64,000 nucleotides of DNA, from positions 127,472,001 through 127,536,000 of the forward strand of contig OZ024740.1 of assembly GCA_964016885.1 (NCBI GenBank). Reading direction: 5' to 3'. Position 1 is the stretch's first letter. Every line of letters begins with the position of its first letter. This document shows, in pieces, positions 14,371 through 31,559 of this stretch. The position numbers and the translations under genes are program-made. Source of the stretch: Eledone cirrhosa (lineage: Eukaryota). The notes beneath the pieces were generated by a model. The model saw only the letters and a program-made list of their open reading frames with translations, was not told the origin of the DNA and did no database searches.

Positions 14371-14684
14371 ATCTATATATATAAAACTGAGGATTTCTGT
14401 GTGTGAGTCCGAATCCCTAAAACTCAAGAACCACTGTACCAACTGTTTTCAAACTTTAGATATGTAATACTGTTTCAGGGAGGGATCTGAGCAAAAAAAA
14501 TTTCAAATTGTCTATGCCCTAGGGACCGCATTAGGCGATTTAGCGATCTCTCTCTATAATTCATAGTCTTTCTCTTTTTAGATAGATACATACATACATA
14601 TAACGTCGCGCCCTTATAATATATGTCTCTATATGTGGCTTTCTGATTACGTCACTTTCCTGAGGATGTCTGTGTGTGTGTGTG

Positions 14685-14715
<31 letters not shown>

Positions 14716-14720
14716 ATATA

Positions 14721-14766
<46 letters not shown>

Positions 14767-15150
14767 TTTGAATCCCTAAAACTCGAGAAGTACCCAACCT
14801 ATTTTTTTCAAACTTTACATGAAATATTTAACTTTTTTATCCCCTAGGTGAAAAACTGCGTTTTTAAAGATTTTTAGGAGTTTTGTGAGGCGTTACGTCA
14901 GACCGATTTCATTGAAATTGAAACTATGTATTAGTCAGTCTCTTCTTCATACCGTAAGCAAAGAAAACCCAACTTATGGCCTAAGGCCCGCATTAGGTGA
15001 AAAACTTCATTTTTTCAGCTTCTTAGGGCTTTTATGAGGCCTTACGTCTAGCCGATTTTCCAGAAATTTCAAGGCATATTATGCACATGAAAAAATTCAT
15101 TTTCTTGGTCCCCTAGGTGAAAACCTGCATTTTTCATGCTTCATCGAGGT
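14371..15150 (+). mobile_element. Non-autonomous Helitron-like 5' portion
   Basis: Begins a|tctatatatataaaa; internal (TG)n and repeated ccctaggtgaaaa units; no 3' CTRR/hairpin end found. Confidence 0.45.
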
Positions 15151-15239
15151 AAATCTTAAAGATTATCCAGCCATCAGAGTATTCGGTTTATTTTCTTTAC
15201 ATATTGTCCAAGAATGCAGTTTTTCCACGATTAGGTCTG

Positions 15240-18255
<3,016 letters not shown>

Positions 18256-18273
18256 TCAATTAGTGATGTACAA

Positions 18274-19017
18274 CTCCACACACAACCCCCTCAACAATGA
18301 GGCCTTTGACACCATCCTCCAGAACATCCCTGTATTGAAAAAGGACCATAGAATGAACCCAATTCTACGAACACACGATATCATAAAGAGCAAAAGACAA
18401 TTCAAGTCAATGAAAAACATCTTAACACATGCCAAAGTACTGCCAACCACAACAACGAAACCCACAGTAAAAAAAATGCGATAGACCCAACTGTGGCATT
18501 TGCATCAACCTAATAGAGGGTTCGGAATTCTATTTCAAATATGGACAACGTTTTATAGTAAAACACAATTTCACATGTGCATCGGAAAATCTAATATATG
18601 TATTAACTTGTTCAGGTTGTCGAGAACAATACATAGGCCAGACCAAAAACAGCCTCCGCCAACGCATGACTGTCCATAGATCCCAAATTAAAATACGGAA
18701 ATACAGGAAAATACCACTGAGTGAACACATTGATACCTGTGCCGCCCAAAATCATCCCAACTTCAGCATCTTTCCCCTCTACCAATTTAAAGATAATGCC
18801 ACCCACACCCAGCGCATCAGCAAGGAATCTTACTTCATTAACAAATACGGACCCCGTCTAAACACTTCTCCCTAAGACAAACCCACAACATACACACGTC
18901 AACATACATACCTACATCAGCACACATCTCTACCCACATATAAACACAATGACACACGTAAACACACATGCTCTATGGTGCAATACAAAGAAATATATGT
19001 GCAGATATATGTATGTA

Positions 19018-19056
<39 letters not shown>

Positions 19057-19405
19057 AATATACTTATGTGTATATATATATAGTGAATATCATTTCACAC
19101 CTTTTATTGTTAAGATTTTTGATGTTCTATTAAGAGAACCGATTTTACTGAAAAAATCGAATAATGTACACCATTTTACCAGGGGGAAAAAATACTGGTC
19201 CACCCACACACACACACACACACACACATATATACACAAACACATACACACGCGTACATCAACATACAAAGAGATTTATATACACACACACACACACACG
19301 CGCACTTCTCGGTATAAGACAAAAGCTGAAAAATATCTTTTGACATGCTAAAATACTTTCAGACACATTGTTACTGACCATCCCTGCCACCACAAATTAC
19401 TCTGC

Positions 19406-19462
<57 letters not shown>

Positions 19463-19554
19463 GCGCACTTATCTTTTGACATGCTAAAATACCCCCCATT
19501 GCATTCAGACACATTCTTACTGACCATCCCTGCCACCACGAATCACTCTGCTAT

Positions 19555-19615
<61 letters not shown>

Positions 19616-19707
19616 CACACTTATCTTAATAGCCATTTGACACACATCGCTGCTGGCCATTGTCGCAGCATCGAACACCTTACTACCTACTACTACTACT
19701 ACACACA

Positions 19708-19767
<60 letters not shown>

Positions 19768-20242
19768 CATATTTGTTGTGAAAGAGTCATTTCTCAATCT
19801 TGGCTCAAAACCAATTTTTTATTCACATGACCTCTACCGACCAATCAAAATTGTTTTGACCAAGAATTTTTGCTGGAGCCACTTTTGTAACATAAAATCA
19901 GTCCTGGCGCAATATCAACTTTTTACATTCACATGACCTCTACCGACCAATCAAAATTGTTTTTGACCACAAGAATTTTTGCAACACAAAAATAACGCTG
20001 GAGCCACTTTTTTAACATAAAAACAGGTAGAATTCCCAAAACTAATCAGATCAGAGCAAACAGCACGGACACTCTATCTCAAAATTATTTTTGAAAAGCA
20101 TTTAGAAATGCGCAACCGGTAAAAACTTAAAAACTTAAAACCACAACTGAATACTAACCCATACAATCACTAATACTCTTTTATTCCCAATTAAACCATT
20201 TTTCAACTGTGAACAATTTGTCAGCATTTTCTATTCCGTTTA

Positions 20243-20248
<6 letters not shown>
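18274..20248 (+). mobile_element. Neptune-like PLE 3' half, right arm of the inverted pair (frameshift near 18475)
   Basis: Near-identical reverse complement of 16245-18199; ORF pieces 18263..18484 and 18666..18875. Confidence 0.85.
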
Positions 20249-20299
<51 letters not shown>

Positions 20300-20988
20300 A
20301 ACAATTTAAATAACCAACAATTTAACCTAAAATGGGATATAATAGTGTTTGCCCCTGCATAGTCCCAAGGACAGGAATTTGAAAATTGTGTAATATGGAA
20401 TTATTTTGTATTATGAAATACAAAAATATGTTATTAAATAAGAGAATAGAGCGATCGTTATACTGTAACCATCGCTGGAAATCTACATTTTCATATTACA
20501 AACGCTACCAGGATTGAACGCATGTCTCCATCTCCGTTTGATTGTCAAAATACATATTAACATTCTCTATTAGTCTTAATTCTATTAACTCTTCTATTTT
20601 TTACCATTTAATATAAACTGCTATAGATAAAATGAGATTTCTTAATTCAATTCCCTAATGCAGGCTACCAGCATTGTTGTTATACAGTAGCAGTAAAATC
20701 TCCCTCTTCCTTAATTGACACTTTATATCTGTATTAATACTACTACACCAAACGACCAGCCCTGTCCATTGTTCAATTGGTCAAATATAGATTAAAATAG
20801 GCACTCCCAAAAATTCTTATTTAGATAAAATAAGCCATATACTCATTGTATTCTCATTAAAAACCTTCTATATACTTGTTTACCAGTAAATTGAATTGCC
20901 ATCTGTCATATACTATCCCCTCTCTTCTTCCTTTCTTACAACTAATATAAATACTTCAATTTTTCTGCTTTTTTTCCTATTTATCCAA

Positions 20989-21107
20989 TATCTCTGAAGA
21001 AGTGACAACTGATTATACATTTGCTATCGAATACTTGCTAACATTATATGATTACGCAAGCAGCGATACATAGGTATTCCGTCTGCTACAGAAACATATG
21101 TCCATAG
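20989..21107 (+). ncRNA. Hammerhead ribozyme with 90-nt expanded stem II (5' pLTR)
   Basis: CTGAAGA(20994)-a-gtgaca...tgctac-a-GAAA(21091)-catatg-TC. Palindromic stem III ACATATGT; stem I is degenerate. Confidence 0.65.
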
Positions 21108-21313
21108 CTAATAAATTCCTTTATAAAAGCACTTTCATTTTATATTCATCTTTTCTACATTTTCTCCGGAATATAATTTATACTCGTTGAGCAAACCTAC
21201 ACGTACGCTGTTCATCTCTAACGTGACGATATATTATCACTACATTATTGATAACTTGAAATTTTAATAATCTCCTATACAGTTGAGCAACTAATTCAGC
21301 ATACGTCTCTAAA

Positions 21314-23621
21314 ATGGAAAGGCACGAATTGGATATGTCGTTAAAAAACACCTATTCAGGCAAAAAAGGAATATATTCTAGGTATGATACGAAGGATCAA
21401 TGATTTTATTCGACGAATCATATGGAAAACATTCTATTTTGACAAAAGCTGTATAAACCAAACATCGGATCTTAACAAGGATAAATTTGGATTTAAATCT
21501 TACAAAAACCCACCCTCAAACCCACTTTTGGATGCATTTGAACAAGACCTAATGGATATGATCATGGAGATCAAATTTACAAAATAGAAAAACAATAAAC
21601 TACAGAATGACATCACGGCACTGCTCAATAATCTAAAAAACGCCAATGGAATTATTGTTAGAGCAGACAAAACATCAAACGTATATACCATGGATGTGGA
21701 CACTTATAATAACTTCATCCGTAAGGAATTGTATAAAAAATACAAGAAAACTACTGAAGCTACACTTAAAAACATCAACAACTCGGCATGTGAAATTGTT
21801 AAAAAACTTTGTATTGACGATAGAACGCAACCCTTAACACCAGCTACACCATCCTTCAACCTGAAGGACCACAAGGTAAACTTCGATACTGACCCTAAAA
21901 TTAGACTTATATGCCCCTCTAAATCTGATACAGGCAAAATTAGCAAATATATACTAGACAGAATTATCCCCCAAGTTAAGGCTAAAGTAGATATTAAACT
22001 ATGGGGTAACACCCATGAAGCAATAAGATGGTTTAATAGCATTACTGATAAGAAGAAATTAAAATTTATTCAGTTCGATATTGATGAATATTATTCCTCA
22101 ATCTCACCTGATACTCTGCGTGAAGCTCTTTCGTTCGCTAAGGCTAATTCCGACCTTACGGATGATGAAATTAGTATTATTATGGAAGCGAGGAAAACTA
22201 TTGTTAAATTTGATGATAGCTACTGGGTTCGCAAAGATAGACCTTCTAATTTTAATATAACTATGGGTTCCAATGATTCGGCGGAAGTAACTGATCTTGT
22301 GGGAATTTATATCACCCACAGACTACAAGGAACATTCAAGGATCTCCATGGTGGACTCTACCGTGACGATGCGCTCCTATTAGTTAAGCATATGAATAAC
22401 CACAATTTAGAAAGGATGCGTAAAAATAGTAGAAAGCTTTTTAAGAAACTAGGATCAAATATTACGTTTGAATATAACCTCAAAGAGGTTAATTTCCTTG
22501 ATGTTACTTTGAATCTCAATACAGAAACGATTAAACCGTTCCATGAACTAAATGAGAACCTTAAATATGTAAATACGGGTTCTAACCATCCACCCTCTAT
22601 AATTAAATCGATCCCTAGAAATATTTCCCTTAGAATCTCCCGCGTGTCGTCCAACCAGCAAACCTTCAAAGAACATGCCGAATATTATGATGATGCACTT
22701 AGGAAGGCTGGACACCTAGATAATATAGAATATATAGTCGACGATCACCAAAACACCCAAAATGAATCTCATAGAGGTAGAAATAGCATAGAATCACCAC
22801 CATACATACACTACCGCAATATACACACTAATTGTCGCACACCACCAAACAGAAGGAGATGTAAAGAGTATATATGGTATAACCCGGTCTATAACAACTC
22901 TATTAAAACCAATCTACCCTCACAATTCTTTCGATTAGTTAAAAAACACTTTCCAACATAACATAAATATAATAAAATCTTAAACCCTAACACTATTCGA
23001 CTTACATATTCAACCGCCCCTAATATTGAACAACATATAAAAAAGCTTAACGCAAAACGGTTGTATAAACGCCTTCCAACACGTAAAACATCGGCTATAA
23101 CATCAGAAAACAACAAACAACATCCAGTCCTGCCTAAGCAACCTCATCAACCCATCCATGCTAATACAACAACGCAAAATTATAACTGTAACTGTGTCCA
23201 ACCAGGAATGTGTCCGTTGAACAATCAGTGTCTTGAACGCAACATCATATACAAATGTACTATCGAATCGGGTAACCTGAATTGGTACTATGTGGGGTCT
23301 ACAGCTACCTCATTCAAATGTCGCCTTTATAGACATCGTTACTCGATAAAACATGAAAACCAGCATTATGTAACAACACTTGCAGACAAGGCTTGGCAGC
23401 TGCACGAAAATAATAACCAACAATTTAACCTAAAATGGGATATAATAGTGTTTGCTCCTGCATATTTCCAAGGACAGGAATTTTGTAAATTGTGTAAAAT
23501 GGAATTATTTTGTATTATGAAATCCAAAAATATTTTATTAAATAACAGAATAGAGCGATCGTTATACTGTAACCATCGCTTGAAATCTACATTTTCATAT
23601 TACAAACGCTACCAGGATTGA
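21314..23621 (+). pseudogene. PLE RT-GIY-YIG polyprotein (~770 codons) with one early frameshift and two premature stops
   Basis: MERHELDMSLKN(I)P...; KDHK..F...PKIRLICP; FIQFDIDEYY; ITMGSNDSAE; GLYRDDAL; VNFLDVTL; IWYNP; CNC..CPL..CL; YYVGST; CKLC; CNH. Track ORFs 21384, 21690 and 23061 share one frame; stops at 21585 and 22959. Confidence 0.92.
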
Positions 23622-24091
23622 ACGCCTGTCTCCATATCCTTTTGATTGTCAAAATACACATTAACATTCTCTATTAGTCTTAATTCTATCAACTCTTCTA
23701 TTCTTTACCATTTAATATAAACTGCTATAGATAAAATGAGATTTCTTAATTCAATTCCTTAATGCAGGCTACCAGTATTGTTGTTATACAGTAGCAGTAA
23801 AATCTCCCTCTTCCTTAATTGACACTTTATATCTGTATTAATACTACTACACCAAACGACCAGCCCTGTCCATTGTTCAATTGGTCAAATATAGATTAAA
23901 ATAGGCACTCCCAAAAATTCTTATTTAGATAAAATAAGCCATATACTCATTGTATTCTCATTAAAAACCTTCTATATACTTGTTTACCAGTAAATTGAAT
24001 TGCCATCTGTCATATACTATACCCTCTCTTCTTCCTTTCTTACAACTAATATAAATACTTCAATTTTTCTGATTTTTTCCAATTTATCCAA

Positions 24092-24186
24092 TATCTCTGA
24101 AGAAGTGACAACTGATTATACATTATATGATTACGCAAGCAGCGATACATAGGTATTCCGTCTGTTACAGAAACATATGTCAATAC
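24092..24186 (+). ncRNA. Hammerhead ribozyme with expanded stem II (3' pLTR; 24-nt internal deletion)
   Basis: CTGAAGA(24097)-a-gtgaca...tgttac-a-GAAA(24170)-catatg-TC. Confidence 0.65.
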
Positions 24187-24231
24187 CTAATAAATTTCTT
24201 TATAAAAGCACTTTCATTTTATATTCATCTT

Positions 24232-24660
<429 letters not shown>

Positions 24661-24842
24661 TTTATATATATATATATGTGTGTGTGTGTGTGCATGTATG
24701 TATGTATGTATGTATAATAATTCGCTCTTCGGCGTTACACACATATATATAGATACGTTTGTGTGTGTGTGTGTGTGCGCTTGAGTGTATGTGTGTGTCC
24801 CAATAGTTTACAAAATCATAACTCTTGGCCGTCAATTAAATA

Positions 24843-24959
<117 letters not shown>

Positions 24960-26256
24960 AAAGGGAGAAAGAGACAGACATACAGAGAGACATTGAGATG
25001 GCTAAGTATATCTATATATATATTGTTTTCTTTTCATTCATAGATAATTAGCTCGATAGACAGATAGCTATAGAGGTATGATTATGTTTACCTAATTAAT
25101 TCATATATGAATTGTATTGTCTAAGCGACAGTTGCTATTTCGATACCTGGTGGAATCAAACGTATTCAAGAGCGAGATTTGAACTCAGAACACCAACGAA
25201 TTAACCCATATATTATCAAAAAATACATGCTGCGCATTCTCGCCTCGTCTCAATCTTCTTCTTTGTCCTACATATCTCTCCTGTTATTACCTTCTAGACT
25301 CAATTGTTGAAATTGATAATTAAATAGAAAATGCTACTAATTCAAACGAAACAATTTCAGCGAATTGATTTTAATTTATGTTCTTTTATTTAATTTCGGT
25401 ATTTCAACTGTTATTTGCTTTTATTTTTGTATTTATATTATTTCATTGTTTATATTATGACTTTGATAGAATTTTGATTTTTGTAATTAATAAGAAACTA
25501 TATTTCTGATAATGCTGGTTATATTCTATCTGTTTCCGTTCTTTATCATATTTTTGTTTTTAATTAGCAACAATATGCACAGCCAAGCAATTAAAAACCT
25601 TCTTCCATTATTAAATAGAAACAAATAAAATATTGCATTGCTTACAAAGGACACTTAATTATCAGTGAACAGACTTCAATGCAAGATATTGGATTACATA
25701 CTAGACGTTAATTTTGATTCAAAACTTATTTAAACGTTATATTTTGAATATATAACATCTCAATATTCTCGGAGTGTATTGTTGATTTATTTAATAAGTT
25801 TGTTGTTAATTAAAAACAAACGATGAATACATAGTTATATTGAGATATGGATAAATCGATAGATAAGAGTACCACTTGCCTAAATATAAATCGTTTATAA
25901 TATATTATAAATATATTCATATTTAATGCGTGTTTGTTTGTGATAGTGTTTACTTGAATTACTCTGGGTCCTCAGTTCAGATGTTATATGGGAATTTATT
26001 CTCATCACCATATATACATATATATGGTGATGAGAATAAATTCCCATATATGAGTATATATATATATAAATTCCATATATGTGTGTATATATATACGTGT
26101 GTTTGTGTGTATGCATATATATCCTGGTAGTGTAACGCGAAGTTACTGCAGATTCACCCATATACAGATCGAACCTTGAGCTGATCAATAGCGAAAGGCG
26201 CGTCACCAAACAATAAACGTAATGAAAGCTTAACCATTCGTCCTTGTATTATTATA

Positions 26257-26442
26257 TGGATTGGCAGTATCGGTAGAGGGTCGGACGCCATGCTTTGACG
26301 CGTAGAGTTACGCCCCTTTCCATTCCGAGTTAAAATCCCGCCGAGGTTAACTTTGCCTTTCATCCTTACGTGGTCGATAAAATAAAGTACCAGTAATGCA
26401 CTGGGTAATTGCTGGCCTTGTGCCAAAAGTAGAAACAATTAT
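26257..26442 (+). mobile_element. tRNA-derived SINE, family 1
   Basis: tggcagtatcggtagag (A box), gagttaaaatcc (B-box-like), conserved core and tail. Confidence 0.8.
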
Positions 26443-26761
26443 TATATATATATCTAATTCAAACCATTCGTTCTAAGTGATTCACTCCGACGTGCCTTTA
26501 TCTATCCTGTAAAGGAATATTTATTCCAGTAATGTTAATCTTCGTTCACTGCTATATAATTCTGACTACCTTCCAGCAACATCATTATAAAGCATATTTC
26601 TTCTCTGAAGACTATGTAAATATCACCCATAGCAATATATATGCATACGTGCACACATATACAGTATGTCTAGAACTGTTATATTGATATTGAGTAGTTG
26701 AAGCACGGTGTAAGAAGTAAATGTTGTATTCTCCATTCATTTTGCTTATATGTATATATAT

Positions 26762-26857
<96 letters not shown>

Positions 26858-26858
<1 letters not shown>

Positions 26859-29200
26859 TATACCCGCAACCCCCACCCGAAGGACCATAAGGTAAATTTT
26901 GACTCTAACCCTAAGATTAGACTTATATGCCCTTCTAAATCAGACATAGGAAAAATTAGCAAACATATACTTGAAAGAGTAATAACTCAATTGAAAAAGA
27001 AAATAGAAATTAGCAAACATATACTTGACAGAGTAATAACTCAATTGAAAAAGAAAATAGAAATTAAATTATTGGGCAACACTAGCGAAGCAATTCGCTG
27101 GTTTAATATCGTTAAGAACAAGAATAAATCTAAGTTTATACAATTTGACATAGACGAATACTACTCTTCAATCTCACCCGGCACTTTACGCAAGGCCCTA
27201 TCATTTGCTAAAGTCAATTCCGACCTAACGGAGGACTAAATCAATATTATTCTAGAGGCTAGAAAAACTATTATCAAGTTTGATAACTGCTACTGGGAAC
27301 GTAAGGACAGACCCACAAACTTCGACATTACCATGGGTTCCAACGACTCAGCGGAGGTCACCGATCTTGTGGGAATTTACATAGCCCATATACTACATGG
27401 TATACTTAGTAATCTACAGGGGGGAATATATAGAGATGACGGGCTCTTATTAGTTAATAACTTAAATAACCAATTGAAAGGCTACGGAAAACATTAGAAA
27501 ATCTTTTAGTGAACTGGGTCTAAAAATAACGTACGAATACAATCTTAAAGTAGTAACTTTTCTAGACGTAACTCTTCCTCAAGATAAATGACATCCTTAC
27601 CTATATCAATTTTAACTCAAACCACACACTTTCCATGATCAAATCGGTTCCCCGTAGTATTTCTCTTAGAATCTCTCGCCTATCGTCTGACTCTGAGATT
27701 TTCAGTGAACATGCTGAATACTATAATAATGCATTAAGGAATGCCGACCACCGGGATACAATAGAATACATTGCTAAGAATCTCCATAACACACACAGCT
27801 CTACACGAAATCAAAGAATACGTAACCGGGGTACTGAAATACAAGCGCACACACGCAGTACCACCAGACATACTAATAATAGAAAAATCATCACCAAATA
27901 AATCACGTTGTAGAAAGTATATCTGGTATAATCCCATTTTTAATGCTTCGATTAGTAGAAAACTATTATTTCATTCTTTAAGTTAATCAACAATCATTTC
28001 CCTAGATCCCATAAATACAGTAAAATTCTGAACTGTAAAACTATTAAACTATCATACTCCACGGCACCAAACCTTGAAGCATCTACCACTACCTCCTTTA
28101 AATCTCGCTGGTATCGTCATCGATTCTCAATTAAACATCCTAATCACCGTTTTGTGACCACGTTCGCCAACAAGACCTGGCAACTCCGTGAACGCAACCA
28201 ACAGTTCACCTTGAAATGGAATATACTTTCCAGCGCTAGTGCATATCGAAGTGGATTGAAGTACTGTAGGTTATGTAACCTTGAACTATTTTACATCTTA
28301 AAATCCCAAAATAAATTACTAAATGATAGAATCGAACGATACTGCAACCACAAACTGAAGGCTAAATTCTCTCACTATAAAATAACTTAACATTCGAACC
28401 CGTAACTATGATATTGCTTTCTAGCTAACCACTTTCTCTTCCCCCACACTACAAGACAATACCATGCTTATCACTATAAATGGAAACTTAGTGCAATTTG
28501 TAGCCTACTACTATGAACTCAATGTACACCCTAACCCAGAGCTGTCGTCTGTCTCCTCTCTATCTGTCCCTCTCTATCCATTCCCCCCTTTCTCTCTCTC
28601 GCCCTAGGTCCACCTCCCTCCCTCTCCACATCCATGAACCTGCCATCTGTGGCAATAAATAATTCAAACCTTGACTATCAACGCATCGCTTAAGGTGGTC
28701 GCTTTAAGTGTAACCATTATAAAAAAAACCCTACCACAACATTTTGATTAAGATATCTACAAACCACTCTCTCCCATTTCTCCAACCCCTGCATATCTCT
28801 CCCCCTCTCTCCCTCTCCCCTTCTTTTCTCTCTTCCTTTTCTACTCTATCTTCCCCAATAACCTCACTTAAGGGTATTTACATTGTACATTTTAACCATT
28901 CTGCTCTGATGATACAGTGGTCACAGCATTTGATAATTGAGTTTTGCAAATAGTTATAAATTTACACATCGCATAACTAGGCTGTATAACCAACGTGGAA
29001 ACATTTGTAAGCACACAGAATACATTACCCTTTTATGATGTCTACCTGTTATTATTCATTCTTTATCTACACTCCGGAATACAGAAAAATCAGGAACTGA
29101 GTTTATTCAACTATTATTCCATAACTCGCTGAGTAACCTCTCACCGTACGTCAACTCTATCCAGTGTAGTAATTAACCATTACTGCATCCAGGATAATCC
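26858..29200 (+). mobile_element. 5'-truncated, internally deleted Naiad-type PLE
   Basis: [55 protein letters not shown]; stops, frameshifts and a deletion near 28080; starts inside (TA)n. Confidence 0.9.
28902..29013 (+). ncRNA. Hammerhead ribozyme with 85-nt branched stem II
   Basis: tgct-CTGATGA-[tac..tggt..acagc...gctgt..acca..gtg]-GAAA-catttg-TA-agca; stem I tgct/agca. Confidence 0.8.
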
Positions 29201-29243
29201 TATATATATATATATATATTTATTTATTAAAATAACAGATTAA

Positions 29244-29294
29244 AGTTTAAGCAAAGAATCGCTGCTTTCACCCATAACGGGATCTTCTGAAACT
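29244..29294 (-). ncRNA. Variant hammerhead (CAGAAGA core)
   Basis: agttt-CAGAAGA-t-ccc gttat ggg-t-GAAA-gca..tgc-TT-aaact. Confidence 0.65.
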
Positions 29295-30358
29295 AACAAA
29301 GTCAATCTGTAAACGCAGAAGTGAATATTTCAAAAAACGTTGCAACCGGAGGAAGACAGGAAGACGATATTTGGTTCGTGGAAACGTTCCCTATGCAAAT
29401 AAGTAAAGGAATAAACAAAACCTATACTTAGCTCCCACATCAAGACGTAAAATATCCACGTATAGATCGTACTATCCGTTAGGGTATAACGTAGGGCTAT
29501 AATACAGGAAAGTGTTGTGCAATTTATGTTTACAAGCCGAAATTGCCTCAGATTTTTTGTTTAAGATGTGGTCTGTGGCGTAGAGTATTTCCAGGGCCTC
29601 AGCGGCGCAGAGGTCACATGGTCTTTTATTTCCGTTATACGATCTAGCCCTAGCTAGGATCTCCCAGTGTAACTTATATTGGGTGTGGTTGTCTTTTAGA
29701 CTTTAGATATAAGCTGAAAGTGACGTCATATTCCTTCTTAGAGGGTAACGAAAAGAATGGGTATGCATGTAAAGACGCTGCTTGAAACTATTGGCGGTTA
29801 ACCCTGTGTAGGCCCTACGGGACGTGGGTGTTACAACCTTACATTTGTAGACAATGTTACTAGAGAGGCATTTCCCGGATAGGGGGCAATCAGCGCGATT
29901 CCTACAATTACAGTTAGTACTAACTACTGGGTTGCACGTGTTCCTACGGCTAGGTAGTTTAGCTAAATTTGAAGCTGTGATGTTATGTGCAAGGTTAGGA
30001 GTCGTAGAATCAGAAATGTTAATATTTACTATATTTATGTGTAGGGGGAAAACGCTTCGTAATAAGGGAAAGAAAGATCTTAGCTAAAGGTGTGGCCATC
30101 TCCATATTATATGGTGGATTATACCAACAAATGCGACGGGATCTATTTCTTCTAGGTCTATTTCCGTACTCTGTATAATCTACCTTATCGACAAATCCAC
30201 TTCGAGCAAGAGCTTCATTGTAATAAGTGGAATGGTCGTTGAAAATACGCTCGTTAGTGGAAAGACTGGAATGCCTCAACGAAACGTTTCTTACCAGGTT
30301 CTTGGTTATGCAACGTTTTTTGAAATATTAACTTCTGCGTTTACAGATTGACTTTGGT

Positions 30359-30409
30359 AGTTTCAGAAGATCCCGTTATGGGTGAAAGCAGCGATTCTTT
30401 GCTTAAACT
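30359..30409 (+). ncRNA. Variant hammerhead (CAGAAGA core)
   Basis: Same motif as 29244-29294 in the opposite orientation. Confidence 0.65.
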
Positions 30410-30703
30410 TTAATCTGTTATTTTAATAAATATTTGCTCTACGGTTCTTATATATTTGATATATATTTATCCTTATCGCGCCTCTTTGGATTTAAGTCTT
30501 CAAATTTATTATTATTACTATCTATCTATATATATATATATATGAATACAATTAGTCCTTCATCAGTGATCTTCCAACCTTGATTGGTATTGCAACGGAA
30601 AGATAGGAAGAGACAAGTACATAATATCTGTAAGCTTAAGCTTGGTGAAATCATGGAAGAGAGATACACACCATCCGACATGGGTGAGATGGGAGCAAGA
30701 AAA

Positions 30704-30809
<106 letters not shown>

Positions 30810-31559
30810 ATATATATGGTGTCTCCCAAAATGTTTACACACAGCATGTGCATACCTATTTTCTGAAGATTTTTTTGTAGCTTTGCTTTTACAAATGTTT
30901 ACGTGATTTTATACTCAAGGAATTGAATGTACTATTGATCACTTTGATCTTTAGGGAAGCTAGATCAATATATAGAATATCAATCACGTTGCTTATTATT
31001 TCGATATTTAAAATTCAATTAGTGACGGGAAATGTTACTCTTCCAAACTCAGAAATTAACACGCAGTTATCAATTACTCCTGTACGAGAATTACTGTTGG
31101 CTTAGAAAATTAATTATTTGTAAAATTAATTAATAAATACTAGCTAATGTTAGTATTCACGAAGGAAACAAACAGTCAGCATGACCATGCGTTTTCGAGA
31201 AATGTTTATTAATCACCTCCATATTCCAAAGATGATGGTGTAAGAATAAACCAAGTGTCAGAATCGCAGATGTGCAGATACGTTCATTGTTTTTTCATCC
31301 AGGGAATAATCAGACTTGCAGTCATGTAGAGTAGTAATACATCACAAGCAGAATAGTTTATTGACTGTGTTACAATGAAAGACAGTGTAGGTAACATGAA
31401 TGGATGTAAAAGGTACAGAAACAACGAAAACTCCTGTAGAATTACTTATCATAGCTTAACAAGTACACCTTTATTTGTTATTCTTTAGATCATAAGAGAA
31501 TAGATCGATTATTAAAGATATTCCTGTCTGGATCATTCCATTTATTTTATGCTGGTATA

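Larger units (their letters stand above)
20299..24237 (+). mobile_element. Near-complete Naiad-type PLE with direct pLTR repeats (~20309-21157 and ~23412-24237)
   Basis: Partial-tandem structure: the ORF 3' end plus UTR is duplicated upstream; (TA)n on both sides. Confidence 0.92.
29221..30520. mobile_element. Naiad 3' half on minus (29221-30296, spliced form) joined to an inverted pLTR piece on plus (~30305-30520)
   Basis: High similarity to 35570-37516; ORF 30019..30279 ICWYNPPY...FPPTHKY. Confidence 0.88.

Noticed and set aside
26598-26676. CTGAAGA followed by a ctatg/catag hairpin
   Set aside because: No GAAA strand after the hairpin; at best a badly decayed motif.
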